Positions 10,590-19,066 of a stretch of DNA of 64,000 nucleotides are shown here, one piece after another. This DNA comes from an uncultured archaeon (GTDB taxonomy: Archaea; Asgardarchaeota; Thorarchaeia; Thorarchaeales; Thorarchaeaceae), in contig CAYYQL010000001.1 of assembly GCA_964473825.1 (NCBI GenBank), positions 96,001-160,000 on the forward strand. Direction: 5' to 3'. Made by a program: the position numbers and the translations under genes. Position 1 is the stretch's first letter. Each line of letters begins with the position of its first letter. The notes under the pieces are model-generated. The model had not been told where the DNA came from. It did no database searches and was given only the letters and a program-made list of their open reading frames with translations.

Positions 10590-13500
10590 CTACGCACCTC
10601 CCTTCTTGCTCTTGCTTGAGCTTCCTTTCTTCTTACTCGTCGACTTCTTCTTACTCGTCGACTTCTTCTTGCTTGTGGACTTCTCAACCTTCGCCTCTTC
10701 CTCGGGCGGCGATTCGGCAGCCTTGGCTGCCTGCCGTTTCTCCCAGTATTCCTTGATTCTCGGAAGACCGAAGAGAATGAAGAGGATGGCAAAGACACCA
10801 ATTCCTGCCCCGATGGCCAACATGACCAAGGGGTGGAGGGGCTCTGGATAGGTAGGTACTGCAGCCACAGTGAAGTACCGTTGTGCAGCGTGGGTATCGC
10901 CCTCCGAATCAAGAGCAAAGACCTGTAGCACATACCCACGTTCCTCCCATTGAACTGTGGTATTCGTCCACGTCATGGTACTCGGGTTATAGGTCAGGGA
11001 GAAGTTTGCACTCCACCCGTCGCTTGTGTTGTACCTGTAGTACATCTGCTCAAAAGGCGTGAAGTTGAGCACGTTTACGTCTGCTGTGATAGCGTTCTTG
11101 ACAGCCCCCATCGGCATCAGGATATCCATGGAAGCCTTGCCCCGCATCACAGACAGATAGTACTCATAATCCGTCCGGGTCGTGTTGGTCAGGGGGTCAG
11201 TCCCTATCGACACCTCCATACCGTCGGGGTAACCGTCTCCATCGCTATCGGTCTTACCCGGATCTGTGCCGTAGAGGTAGTATTCGGCACCATCAGGAAG
11301 ACCATCTGCATCCGAATCCGGATTGAAAACGCCACCTCCAGCCCAGTACAAGCCAAGTTTAAACTCTAGACCGTCCTCCAGCCCATCGAAGTCAGAGTCG
11401 AACTCCATTCCATCTTCTATCCCGTCGTTGTCCGAGTCGCTGTCCATCGGATTCGTGTGATAGAAGTTGATCTCAGAGCCGTCCGGCAGCCAGTCATCAT
11501 CGGAGTCCGGATCGGTCGCCAGAGTGGGATACAGCGGTTCCTGTGCCAGAGCAAAGACCGGCGTGACTGACCCTTCCGCCGTTGAGAAACCGTTCTCCCA
11601 TGCGGCCAGATACTCAGCCGGTTCCATACCTATGCTCCAGTTCTCCGGCGGCCACGGCCCATACGGGTAGACCTCTACCAGAGTCTCCTCAAAATCGTAA
11701 AGTCCATCGCCATCCGTATCGTTGAACAGCGCTGATGTGTTGTAGATCCAGATCTCTTGGTAGTCTGTTAGCGTGTCATTATCTGTGTCGTTATTGTACG
11801 GTTGCGAGTTGAAGACCATGACCTCTTGATAATCCGTGAGTAGGTCTCCATCAGAGTCGGCGTCAACGGGTGACGTATTATAGCGGTACACCAAGGTCAT
11901 GGCCCTGAACGGATAGATGAGACCAGAGACATTTTCGATGGCAAGCTCTGAGCCGTCCGGGATGAGGTCCCCGTCGGTGTCCTTATTGTTTGGATCCAGG
12001 GCTATTGGGTCCGTCCAAGGAATTAGACCTGAATTGAGGTACAACTCAATAGAGTCACGCAGTCCGTCTTGGTCACTGTCTGCATCTGTGGCGTTCGTAT
12101 GGTAAATCATGACCTCATCATAGTCGCTGAGCGGGAAGGTCATCTCTCCATCTTGATTTGGCTCTGTGATAGAGTCACCGTCCGTATCCCAGACAAGTGG
12201 ATCGGTCCCGTACAGCTCGACCTCTTCGCCGTCTGAAAGTCCGTCCCCATCGGTGTCGTATTCGAAGGGATCAGTGTACCAGACTTTGATTTCCTCGAAA
12301 TCTGTGAGTCCGTCGTTGTCACCGTCTTCGTCCATGGGGTCGGAGCCGTATATCAGCACCTCTACACCATCGGGCAGTCTGTCTGCATCCGAGTCATCAA
12401 TCAATGGATTCGTGTGCCAGAAGAAGACCTCTTCTCCATCCGAAAGTCCGTCAAAATCAGTGTCCCATAGCAGCGGATTCGTGAAGAACTTGTAGAACTC
12501 ATCACCATCGGAGATCATGTCACCATCTGAATCCTGGGAACGGGGGTCTGTTCCCAGTAGAATCTCCTGCATGTCGAACAGGCCATCATCGTCCGTGTCC
12601 GGATCAAGAGGATTCGTGTGGTTGCTGTACTGGCTTAGGACGCCCTCGAGACCGTCCAGAAGACCATCATCATCACTGTCTCCGTCCGTCGGATCAGTGG
12701 GCGGTGTCTGGGCCAGTTCGTACCCGTCAGAGTTCAGCCACGCACCGGGCTGCGGGGTTCTGTCCGTGACGCCAGTATCTCCATCTGTGTCCGGGTTGCA
12801 GGGATTCGTGAATACCTGCTTGTTCTCTGGTTCACCCTCATCATCATAGACGATGATCCAGAATCCTGCGACCTCTGCACCGTCATTCATGTCCTTGAGG
12901 AACAGATAGGCTTGAGAGTCCACGACACCATTATAGAGCTGTAGCTCAGAATCGTCATCCGTATCGGCATCCAACGGGTGAGTAAATCCACCATTGAAGA
13001 TGAGGGGGTTCGGGTCCATGACCCAGTCGCCTGTGTCCTCGTCCTCGGTGTCGTTGTAGAGGGCAGGGTCTCCATAGTAGGCACCCATGGGTCCCTCGTC
13101 GCCATCCAGGAGGCCATCGCCGTCAGTGTCCGGATTCAGAGGGTCGGTTCGATCGTTGTATGACTCGCCGCCGATGATGACCTCGGTGACCGTGGGGGTC
13201 ACGTTGCTGATATCGAGTTTGGTTCGGATCTCGTATGCATCCGAGAGCCCATCGCCGTCGGTGTCTTGTATCAAGGGGTCAGTGAGATATTTCCGGACCT
13301 CGTCATAATCACTGACATCATCCCAGTCAGTGTCCTCGCGCATCGGATTTGTTCCGAGCTCCCACTCCTCTCCGTCTAGCAGCCCATCTCCATCTGTATC
13401 CGGATTGACAGGGTCGGAACCGATGGTCTGCACCTCAAGCTTGTCATTAGCCCCGTCGTCGTCCGTGTCAGCCTTGTTCTTGTCTAGGCCTGGCACGCTG

Positions 13501-16500
13501 TCTTCGTATGAGTCGGAGAGACCATCACCGTCCGAGTCAAATCCAACACCTGACGACTCGTACTCGTCCTCGCCCTTGCTGGGACTGAGGTCCCACGGAC
13601 CGCCGGGCTCCCAGGTGAACTTGGCCGAATCGGATATGAACAGGAATCGGAACTTCACCTTGACGGTGAATATCAGCCGTAACGTGATCTTCATGGGCGA
13701 CGGACTCGCAAAGTCTTGGAAGAACGTCAGTATGATCTCCAAGGACCCGTCGATGGTGATGGCCACGATGATGAGTTCAATCGGAATATGTATCGCCACA
13801 CCAAAGATGATGGTGAGCGTCATGCTGGAGACTTCGGGTTCGGTGGACGATGCTGCCTTCTTGATTATGTCAATGATTATTTCGAAATAGACCTCGACTG
13901 TTATGGAGTCAAGGCCCAAGAACTCTGCCACTGCGTTGAGTGCTCCCCCACCCACACCTGCGGTGAGGAAATCGAGCAGCGTGAAGACTTTGCCGATGTG
14001 GATCTTGATGTGCAGGCCCCACTCAACAATGCGGAAGAAGTTATCAAAGTCAAACTGACCGTTCTTGAAGGTAAAGAGATTGAGAACGAACTTTGCACTG
14101 CCCTCGAAAGAGAGCTTAAGACCCAGAGTAGTGAGCATGGTCTTCATCAGGGGGTTCTTCTCAGTATCGAAACCACCCACACCGAGCTCCGCGTAGAATT
14201 GCGGACTGATTTCGAAGAAGGAGAACAGGGTCTTGAAAAAGTCGCCAATGTTCGCCATCGAGAAAACTTCGCGAGCATCGAATATCATGCTGACTACCAT
14301 GTCGAATATTGGGTCCAGGTCAATGGCGAAGTTTGCGCGTATGCCTAATGCATACGTCAGGTCGAACAGCGACCAATCCCCAAGACCGACGGGCAGGCTC
14401 CCGGAGAAGCCTAATATGTCGTCAAGGCCTGCAAAGAGACCTTCAATGGTGTTCTCGATGTCCTCAAGAACTGGATTGAGAAGACCACCTAGCCAGTCGA
14501 ATACCTTACCAAGTAACCATTTGACACCGTTGGTAAAGATGTCCTTGATGTCCATAAAGAAGGAGAGAATCTCCTTGACCATTTCTAGGTCTAGTGAACC
14601 TCCGATGAGCCCCTCTGCGAGATCGAGGATCTCATCGATGATCTGGATGGCACTGGGCATATCGTCCTTGTCTAACCCAAAGGCCTCCGGGAAGAACGAC
14701 TGGAAAAGTTTGAGAACAGCATCGATGGGTACATCATCAAAAGCAGGGAAGCTACCCAAGATGGAGCCAGCACTCATCAGAAGAGCCTGCATGACTCCCT
14801 GGAAGCTCTGACCTTTGATACCCTGCACCATGTTTATGATGCCGCCAACAATCTCACCAGCCGTGTCAAGAATCGCATCCAGCTCACCGTCTGCTGCAAG
14901 AGCAACGGGGCCAGGCGAAGTCGGAAATGCATCCTCAGTATCAAGGAACTTGATCACGTTCTTGACCATGCTCGGTATGTCGCTAAGCTCAGAAACGAAA
15001 TTGTCCACGGTCTTGCTGACCATCTGCTTCAGCGCGTCTTTGTTTGTAGCAATGGCAATTACCCCGAGGATGGGCTTGAGAGCCTGATTGAATGCCTCGA
15101 CGACATCGGCCACTCCTGAGCCGAGAAATTCGGTCGCCACATCCTCAGCTATCTCAAAGATATCGGGCAGTGCACTCTTGTCGAAACCTTCTACAAATAG
15201 ACCCGAAACCAGCGAAATAACATCACGCACGATATCCTTGACTTCACCAGATACTCCGGTAATTCCGCTGTCGAGAATGGTTTGAATCTGACTGGTGAAA
15301 GCCGAGAAGTCTGAGAGACCATCCTCTTGGAATGTCTTGATGACACCGAAAATATCCTTGGCCAAGTCCTCGACTCCGCCGGGGATGTTTGAAGCTCCAA
15401 CAATGTCGTCAAGCATGCTCTGTGCCAGCTGAATCAACGTCGTCGTGTCAAACTCGTCCACTAGGTCGACAACGCTCATGGCCATGTGGATGATGGACAT
15501 GACCTTGTCCACGACGTCCTCAAGTCCCGTCACCGAGAGAATAGAACCGAGGAGATCGGTGCCCACCTCTTCAATGAAGTCCAAGAAATTGCCACTGGTA
15601 ATGAAGCTAACAATCGATTTGATGAAACTGACAATACGAGGGAGGAGAGTAGAAACCTCGCTGGGAATCATGCCGATAGTCGCGGCCAAAGTCTTATTGA
15701 GTAATGACTCGAGTGTGTTGGTTGTGAAGAAACTGAAGATTGCATCAAAGATTCCCTTCTCACCTTTCACTAGGGAGCTGATTGCATTCCAGAGCCCATC
15801 ATCAGCGTCGAGGATCTGCCCTATGAAGTCCTTCAACATGTCGGGAACGCTGTCAGGCAGGAGAACCTGCACGAGGTCACCCACAATTTCCAGAATACTT
15901 CCTAGGTCACCCCTGAAATTGAAGAGGGCCTTCATAATGATGTTGAGATAGTCCTTGAACTCGGCCATGAACGGGAACTCATTAGCCAAGGCATTGATGA
16001 CAGACTTCAGAGGAGACTCCATGTCGAAGTCCGCCACAATCCCGATGATGGGTTCTATGACCGAGAAGAGCTGCTGAATTGTTTCTATGAGGTCACTGGG
16101 AATCGATATAACAGTGGATCCTGAGTCACCAAGAACGCTCAGCAATACATCGATAATCTCGCCTATTGGCCCGCGTAGGGCAGATAGCAGAGGTATCTCA
16201 CCCAAAACTAGGTCGTCTGCATTGAGTTCAGCTTCAGAACTGATTTTGATTGGCGGCGTGAAGTCTTCAGGGAGTTCTTCTTCAGTGAGCTCCTCAAGCT
16301 GACCATCTTCAGACATGTGATAGTACGTCTTTTCAATCGTGGGGGCATGTTGCTCCCACATCCTTCTTGTCCTTTCTTCGCGGGATGCCTCATCTACTTC
16401 ACCGACAGGATTGATCGGCTCAACTGTTCGTTTGAAGAAAGCGTCGAAATTATCACCGTATATCTTGAGAGCCATAGTTTGAATGTCTTCGTGAGCCTTC

Positions 16501-17132
16501 TTGTAGTCACTATTGGTCTCTGATCGCTTGGCCAGTGCATCTTGGATTTCCCAGAGATCGTAGAAAATGAGAACGAGACCATCTATCTGCTCAGCCTCAC
16601 TCTGACGTATATTGGTCATCTCTTTGTCGATATGCGGAGCTAGTGACAGGGTGTTGCCCATGCCGACTACATGCTGGGTTGACCCGTGGTCGGCAAGGAC
16701 TTGATAGAACTTGTACCACGTCATATTCCTATCAGGGAACATTACGTGTTTCAGACTCGACCGTAATGCATAGACGGCAAGCCACGGCTCATCAAGAAGA
16801 TAGAAATTGAGGATGTCATACGAGTCGACTGGAATCATGATGATATTCTGAAGCCTGAAACTGAGGACTTCATTGACCGATTCCGCGATAGCACACATCA
16901 ACTCATCATCGGGGTCGTAGAAGATGTAGATGTAGTCCAAATCGTACTTCTTCGTAGGATCGGGTAGAAGCTCCTCACTTCTTTCCACGGCCTGCCCAGC
17001 CCAGACAGCCCCTGGAACCATATTCAAAAGCACAATAGTCATGAAAACTAGTGATAAAACTCTCAGTCGATGCATTTCCCGGTTTCTCAATCTCCGAGCC
17101 TCCTCTATGGATAACCGATCAGAGGAGGTCAT
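10590..17132 (-). CDS. Giant (2180 aa) surface protein: amphipathic helical region, beta-rich region, thrombospondin type-3-like Ca-binding repeats, Ig-like domain, C-terminal TM helix and K/S-rich tail
   Basis: N-terminal hydrophobic signal; about 25 D[TS]DxDG[L]xD..E...GT[DN]P repeats; TM helix (LVMLAIGAGIGVFAILFILFGL); tail KKKSTSKKKSTSKKKG. Confidence 0.85.
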   Translation of the reverse strand: MTSSDRLSIEEARRLRNREMHRLRVLSLVFMTIVLLNMVPGAVWAGQAVERSEELLPDPTKKYDLDYIYIFYDPDDELMCAIAESVNEVLSFRLQNIIMIPVDSYDILNFYLLDEPWLAVYALRSSLKHVMFPDRNMTWYKFYQVLADHGSTQHVVGMGNTLSLAPHIDKEMTNIRQSEAEQIDGLVLIFYDLWEIQDALAKRSETNSDYKKAHEDIQTMALKIYGDNFDAFFKRTVEPINPVGEVDEASREERTRRMWEQHAPTIEKTYYHMSEDGQLEELTEEELPEDFTPPIKISSEAELNADDLVLGEIPLLSALRGPIGEIIDVLLSVLGDSGSTVISIPSDLIETIQQLFSVIEPIIGIVADFDMESPLKSVINALANEFPFMAEFKDYLNIIMKALFNFRGDLGSILEIVGDLVQVLLPDSVPDMLKDFIGQILDADDGLWNAISSLVKGEKGIFDAIFSFFTTNTLESLLNKTLAATIGMIPSEVSTLLPRIVSFIKSIVSFITSGNFLDFIEEVGTDLLGSILSVTGLEDVVDKVMSIIHMAMSVVDLVDEFDTTTLIQLAQSMLDDIVGASNIPGGVEDLAKDIFGVIKTFQEDGLSDFSAFTSQIQTILDSGITGVSGEVKDIVRDVISLVSGLFVEGFDKSALPDIFEIAEDVATEFLGSGVADVVEAFNQALKPILGVIAIATNKDALKQMVSKTVDNFVSELSDIPSMVKNVIKFLDTEDAFPTSPGPVALAADGELDAILDTAGEIVGGIINMVQGIKGQSFQGVMQALLMSAGSILGSFPAFDDVPIDAVLKLFQSFFPEAFGLDKDDMPSAIQIIDEILDLAEGLIGGSLDLEMVKEILSFFMDIKDIFTNGVKWLLGKVFDWLGGLLNPVLEDIENTIEGLFAGLDDILGFSGSLPVGLGDWSLFDLTYALGIRANFAIDLDPIFDMVVSMIFDAREVFSMANIGDFFKTLFSFFEISPQFYAELGVGGFDTEKNPLMKTMLTTLGLKLSFEGSAKFVLNLFTFKNGQFDFDNFFRIVEWGLHIKIHIGKVFTLLDFLTAGVGGGALNAVAEFLGLDSITVEVYFEIIIDIIKKAASSTEPEVSSMTLTIIFGVAIHIPIELIIVAITIDGSLEIILTFFQDFASPSPMKITLRLIFTVKVKFRFLFISDSAKFTWEPGGPWDLSPSKGEDEYESSGVGFDSDGDGLSDSYEDSVPGLDKNKADTDDDGANDKLEVQTIGSDPVNPDTDGDGLLDGEEWELGTNPMREDTDWDDVSDYDEVRKYLTDPLIQDTDGDGLSDAYEIRTKLDISNVTPTVTEVIIGGESYNDRTDPLNPDTDGDGLLDGDEGPMGAYYGDPALYNDTEDEDTGDWVMDPNPLIFNGGFTHPLDADTDDDSELQLYNGVVDSQAYLFLKDMNDGAEVAGFWIIVYDDEGEPENKQVFTNPCNPDTDGDTGVTDRTPQPGAWLNSDGYELAQTPPTDPTDGDSDDDGLLDGLEGVLSQYSNHTNPLDPDTDDDGLFDMQEILLGTDPRSQDSDGDMISDGDEFYKFFTNPLLWDTDFDGLSDGEEVFFWHTNPLIDDSDADRLPDGVEVLIYGSDPMDEDGDNDGLTDFEEIKVWYTDPFEYDTDGDGLSDGEEVELYGTDPLVWDTDGDSITEPNQDGEMTFPLSDYDEVMIYHTNATDADSDQDGLRDSIELYLNSGLIPWTDPIALDPNNKDTDGDLIPDGSELAIENVSGLIYPFRAMTLVYRYNTSPVDADSDGDLLTDYQEVMVFNSQPYNNDTDNDTLTDYQEIWIYNTSALFNDTDGDGLYDFEETLVEVYPYGPWPPENWSIGMEPAEYLAAWENGFSTAEGSVTPVFALAQEPLYPTLATDPDSDDDWLPDGSEINFYHTNPMDSDSDNDGIEDGMEFDSDFDGLEDGLEFKLGLYWAGGGVFNPDSDADGLPDGAEYYLYGTDPGKTDSDGDGYPDGMEVSIGTDPLTNTTRTDYEYYLSVMRGKASMDILMPMGAVKNAITADVNVLNFTPFEQMYYRYNTSDGWSANFSLTYNPSTMTWTNTTVQWEERGYVLQVFALDSEGDTHAAQRYFTVAAVPTYPEPLHPLVMLAIGAGIGVFAILFILFGLPRIKEYWEKRQAAKAAESPPEEEAKVEKSTSKKKSTSKKKSTSKKKGSSSKSKKGGA
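10627..10683. repeat. 18-bp tandem repeat (about 3 units) encoding the KKKSTS cytoplasmic tail
   Basis: Two exact copies of ttcttcttactcgtcgac followed by a degenerate ttcttcttgcttgtggac. Confidence 0.85.
11222..13540 (-). repeat. Coding TSP3-like repeat array (about 25 DxDxDG units)
   Basis: Repeated DTDGDGLSD/DSDGDGxxD units, mostly 22-24 aa apart; degenerate at DNA level. Confidence 0.8.
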
Positions 17133-17641
17133 CGTGTGACATCGAAGCGGTTCTCACAAAGGTGGCGCTTCATGAGTTCGCGCTGGGAGTGCGTGGCCTC
17201 CCGGGGTCGGTCAACCCAGCGATAACCCGTCATAAACAAATGCCCCCATATAACCCTTTGCAGAAAATCACGTGGAATCGCGCTTTATAAAGGAAGAAGG
17301 ACTTCATACGTCCGGAGGACCAAGCCTGATTCTTTCTCGCATCTCTGAAAGAGACCCCCTGATCCCGTGAACATCCTCAAGCCACCAAGTGACTCCGAGA
17401 TCCATCCATGGCTGAAGCGTGTCGATGTCCGCAGCCACATCTTCTCCCGTAGTTTCACCACAGACAACGATGTCAAATCCTGCAAGATTGCCCCGTTCGG
17501 CAACAAAGATGTCAAGAATCTCTTGCAGGTGTGAGGGCTCCAGAGTCTCCGGCCAGGCCGAGTGTACAGGAATCACACCGTCGTACTTTGCAGCTCGCCG
17601 GAACGGTGCCATGTGGGGGTTGCAGACAGCAGCCTAGAAGG

Positions 17642-17657
17642 TGGACAAGATTGGACA
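17642..17657. repeat. Left-end TnpA-binding-type repeats (TGGACA x2, 10-bp period)
   Basis: gtggacaagattggacac; the reverse complement occurs at the right end. Confidence 0.7.
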
Positions 17658-17686
17658 CGTATTAGATAGTTGTCTAAGGTCATGCT

Positions 17687-18310
17687 ATGCATTCCATATC
17701 ACAAGCCGCCCTCCGTCTGGGCGTGTGCACCAGAACCATCCGCCGCTGGGATGCCCGGGGCATCATCCACTGCCGTCGCACTCCCGGCAACCACCGCCGG
17801 ATTACTCCCGCTGAGGTGGACCGCCTTCTTGGTGTCTTGCACAGGTCAGTACGGGAGCATGCGGTCACGAAACACTGTGCCATCTATGCCAGAGTCTCAG
17901 GCCATCGTCAGAAGACTGATGGTGACCTGGACAGGCATCTCAAGACCCTGTATCTGGAGAATCTGAAGAACTACCAGCCGCCCAGAGGGTATGGCACTCA
18001 CTCGTGGCGGCTATCGAACAATCTCTGGTCCAAGGTGCTGGACACCATACGGTACATGCGACAGACCCTTGGCCACCGCTACGGCGGAATCTGGACGGTG
18101 AGCCCGGCGTGGACCTCCCAGACCTGCCATGTCTGTGGGGGGCGGGGTGTCCGGGTGGAGCATGAGAGTTCCACGAGGGAGAGAAGGGGTGGGGAGTACT
18201 TCTACTGTGGGAGGTGCGATGAGCACTTCCATGCCGATGTGAATGCGGCACGAAACATCATTCACGTGCAAGATCACCAGTCCAGTGCCGCTCCTGGACG
18301 GACTGCTTGA
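17687..18310 (+). CDS. Chimeric ORF: IS607 TnpA N-terminus (MerR HTH plus YARVS) fused in frame to TnpB C-terminus (RuvC-II/III, Zn ribbon)
   Basis: TnpA part: SISQAALRLGVCTRTIRRWD...TPGNHRR and AIYARVSGHRQK. TnpB part: YLENL, VSPAWTSQTCHVCG and FYCGRCDEHFHADVNAARNI. Confidence 0.85.
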   Translation: MHSISQAALRLGVCTRTIRRWDARGIIHCRRTPGNHRRITPAEVDRLLGVLHRSVREHAVTKHCAIYARVSGHRQKTDGDLDRHLKTLYLENLKNYQPPRGYGTHSWRLSNNLWSKVLDTIRYMRQTLGHRYGGIWTVSPAWTSQTCHVCGGRGVRVEHESSTRERRGGEYFYCGRCDEHFHADVNAARNIIHVQDHQSSAAPGRTA

Positions 18311-18326
18311 TGTCCAAGTTTGTCCA
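18311..18326. repeat. Right-end TnpA-binding-type repeats (TGTCCA x2, 10-bp period)
   Basis: tgtccaagtttgtccaac, immediately after the stop codon of the chimeric ORF. Confidence 0.7.
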
Positions 18327-19066
18327 ACTTAAAATGAACGGTAGCCTCCACCCACCCATATAGGAATTCGAGGTTCCTGCCTTGGCTTAGGCAAGAAGGT
18401 CATCTCACTCAGATTGTAGTGTTTGCCATGATGGGAGAAGGACTCACCAGACCAGAGACCAGTCAGAATATCGAGTGATTCATCAAGCTTCTCAGCTCGG
18501 ATACGTGCGCTCGTCTCCTCACCAAAAAGACCGTATTCAACCTCAGGAGGAGCCCCGATACCCACACCCAGCGTCAGACGCCCTTTCGAGATATGGTCCA
18601 GTGTGACGGTTTCTCTCGCCAGTTTCCAGGGCCGCCGGCGCGGCAGAGGAGTTACCATGGTTCCAATCCTCATGCGCTTCGTGTTAACTGCGATTGCGGT
18701 GAGAGCAATCCAGGGGTCTACGAAGGGAACAACAGGCTTGGGATGAAAGACGAGGAGATGATCCCAGAGGAAGAAACCGTCCCACCCAGCATCCTCAGCC
18801 TCCACTGCAACTTCGATGAGAAGGTCTGTATCTGCAAACCAGCCAAAGTTGATAGTCGAAATCCCGAACTTCATCTTTTCTTCCGAGGCCCATGGGGGGA
18901 CTACCTCGATATGACTTCATCACTCGGTTTCTTTGAGTCAGGGATAACGAAAACAGTTTGGACCCCAAGCGGTTAGTAACAGACAGGAAATGCATATTTG
19001 CAGGTATCGACCCCTAGTCGCTCTAAAGGTCAGTCTGCTCCCCGCAGGGCCAAAGAGGAACCTACC

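Larger units (their letters stand above)
17621..18342 (+). mobile_element. Internally deleted, non-autonomous IS607-family element (722 bp)
   Basis: GGT occurs at both junctions (17618-20 and 18340-42), matching the GG core of IS607 serine-recombinase insertion. No TIR or classical TSD. Subterminal TGGACA/TGTCCA repeats; GC content visibly higher than the flanks; carries tnpA and tnpB fragments. Confidence 0.9.
17304..18874 (-). pseudogene. LLM-class (luciferase-like) flavin-dependent oxidoreductase interrupted by an IS607-derived element
   Basis: The 5' part (MKFGISTINFG...AEDAGWDGFFLWDH...DPW...IPIWVGGGY) and 3' part (PHMAPFRRAAKYDG...) rejoin in frame (849 nt, 282 aa) when 17621-18342 is removed. 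Confidence 0.9.

Noticed and set aside
10589-10939. 117-aa Arg-rich N-terminal extension of the 2810-aa ORF
   Set aside because: It is an alternate-frame read of the upstream gene's 3' end. The SD, GTG and signal peptide place the real start at 10588.
11222-13540. Periodic repeats considered as a CRISPR array or DGR template
   Set aside because: The repeats are protein-level, vary at synonymous positions and have no constant repeat/spacer structure; no cas or reverse transcriptase gene is present.
17670-18277. Other ORFs overlapping the IS element (17670-17966, 17940-18251, 18011-18277)
   Set aside because: No TnpA or TnpB motifs; all recognisable motifs lie in the single 17687-18310 frame.
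17621-18342. IStron or functional RNA-guided nuclease
   Set aside because: There is no room for a group I intron (about 65 nt precede the ORF), the element is antisense to the host gene, and RuvC-I and REC/WED are missing.
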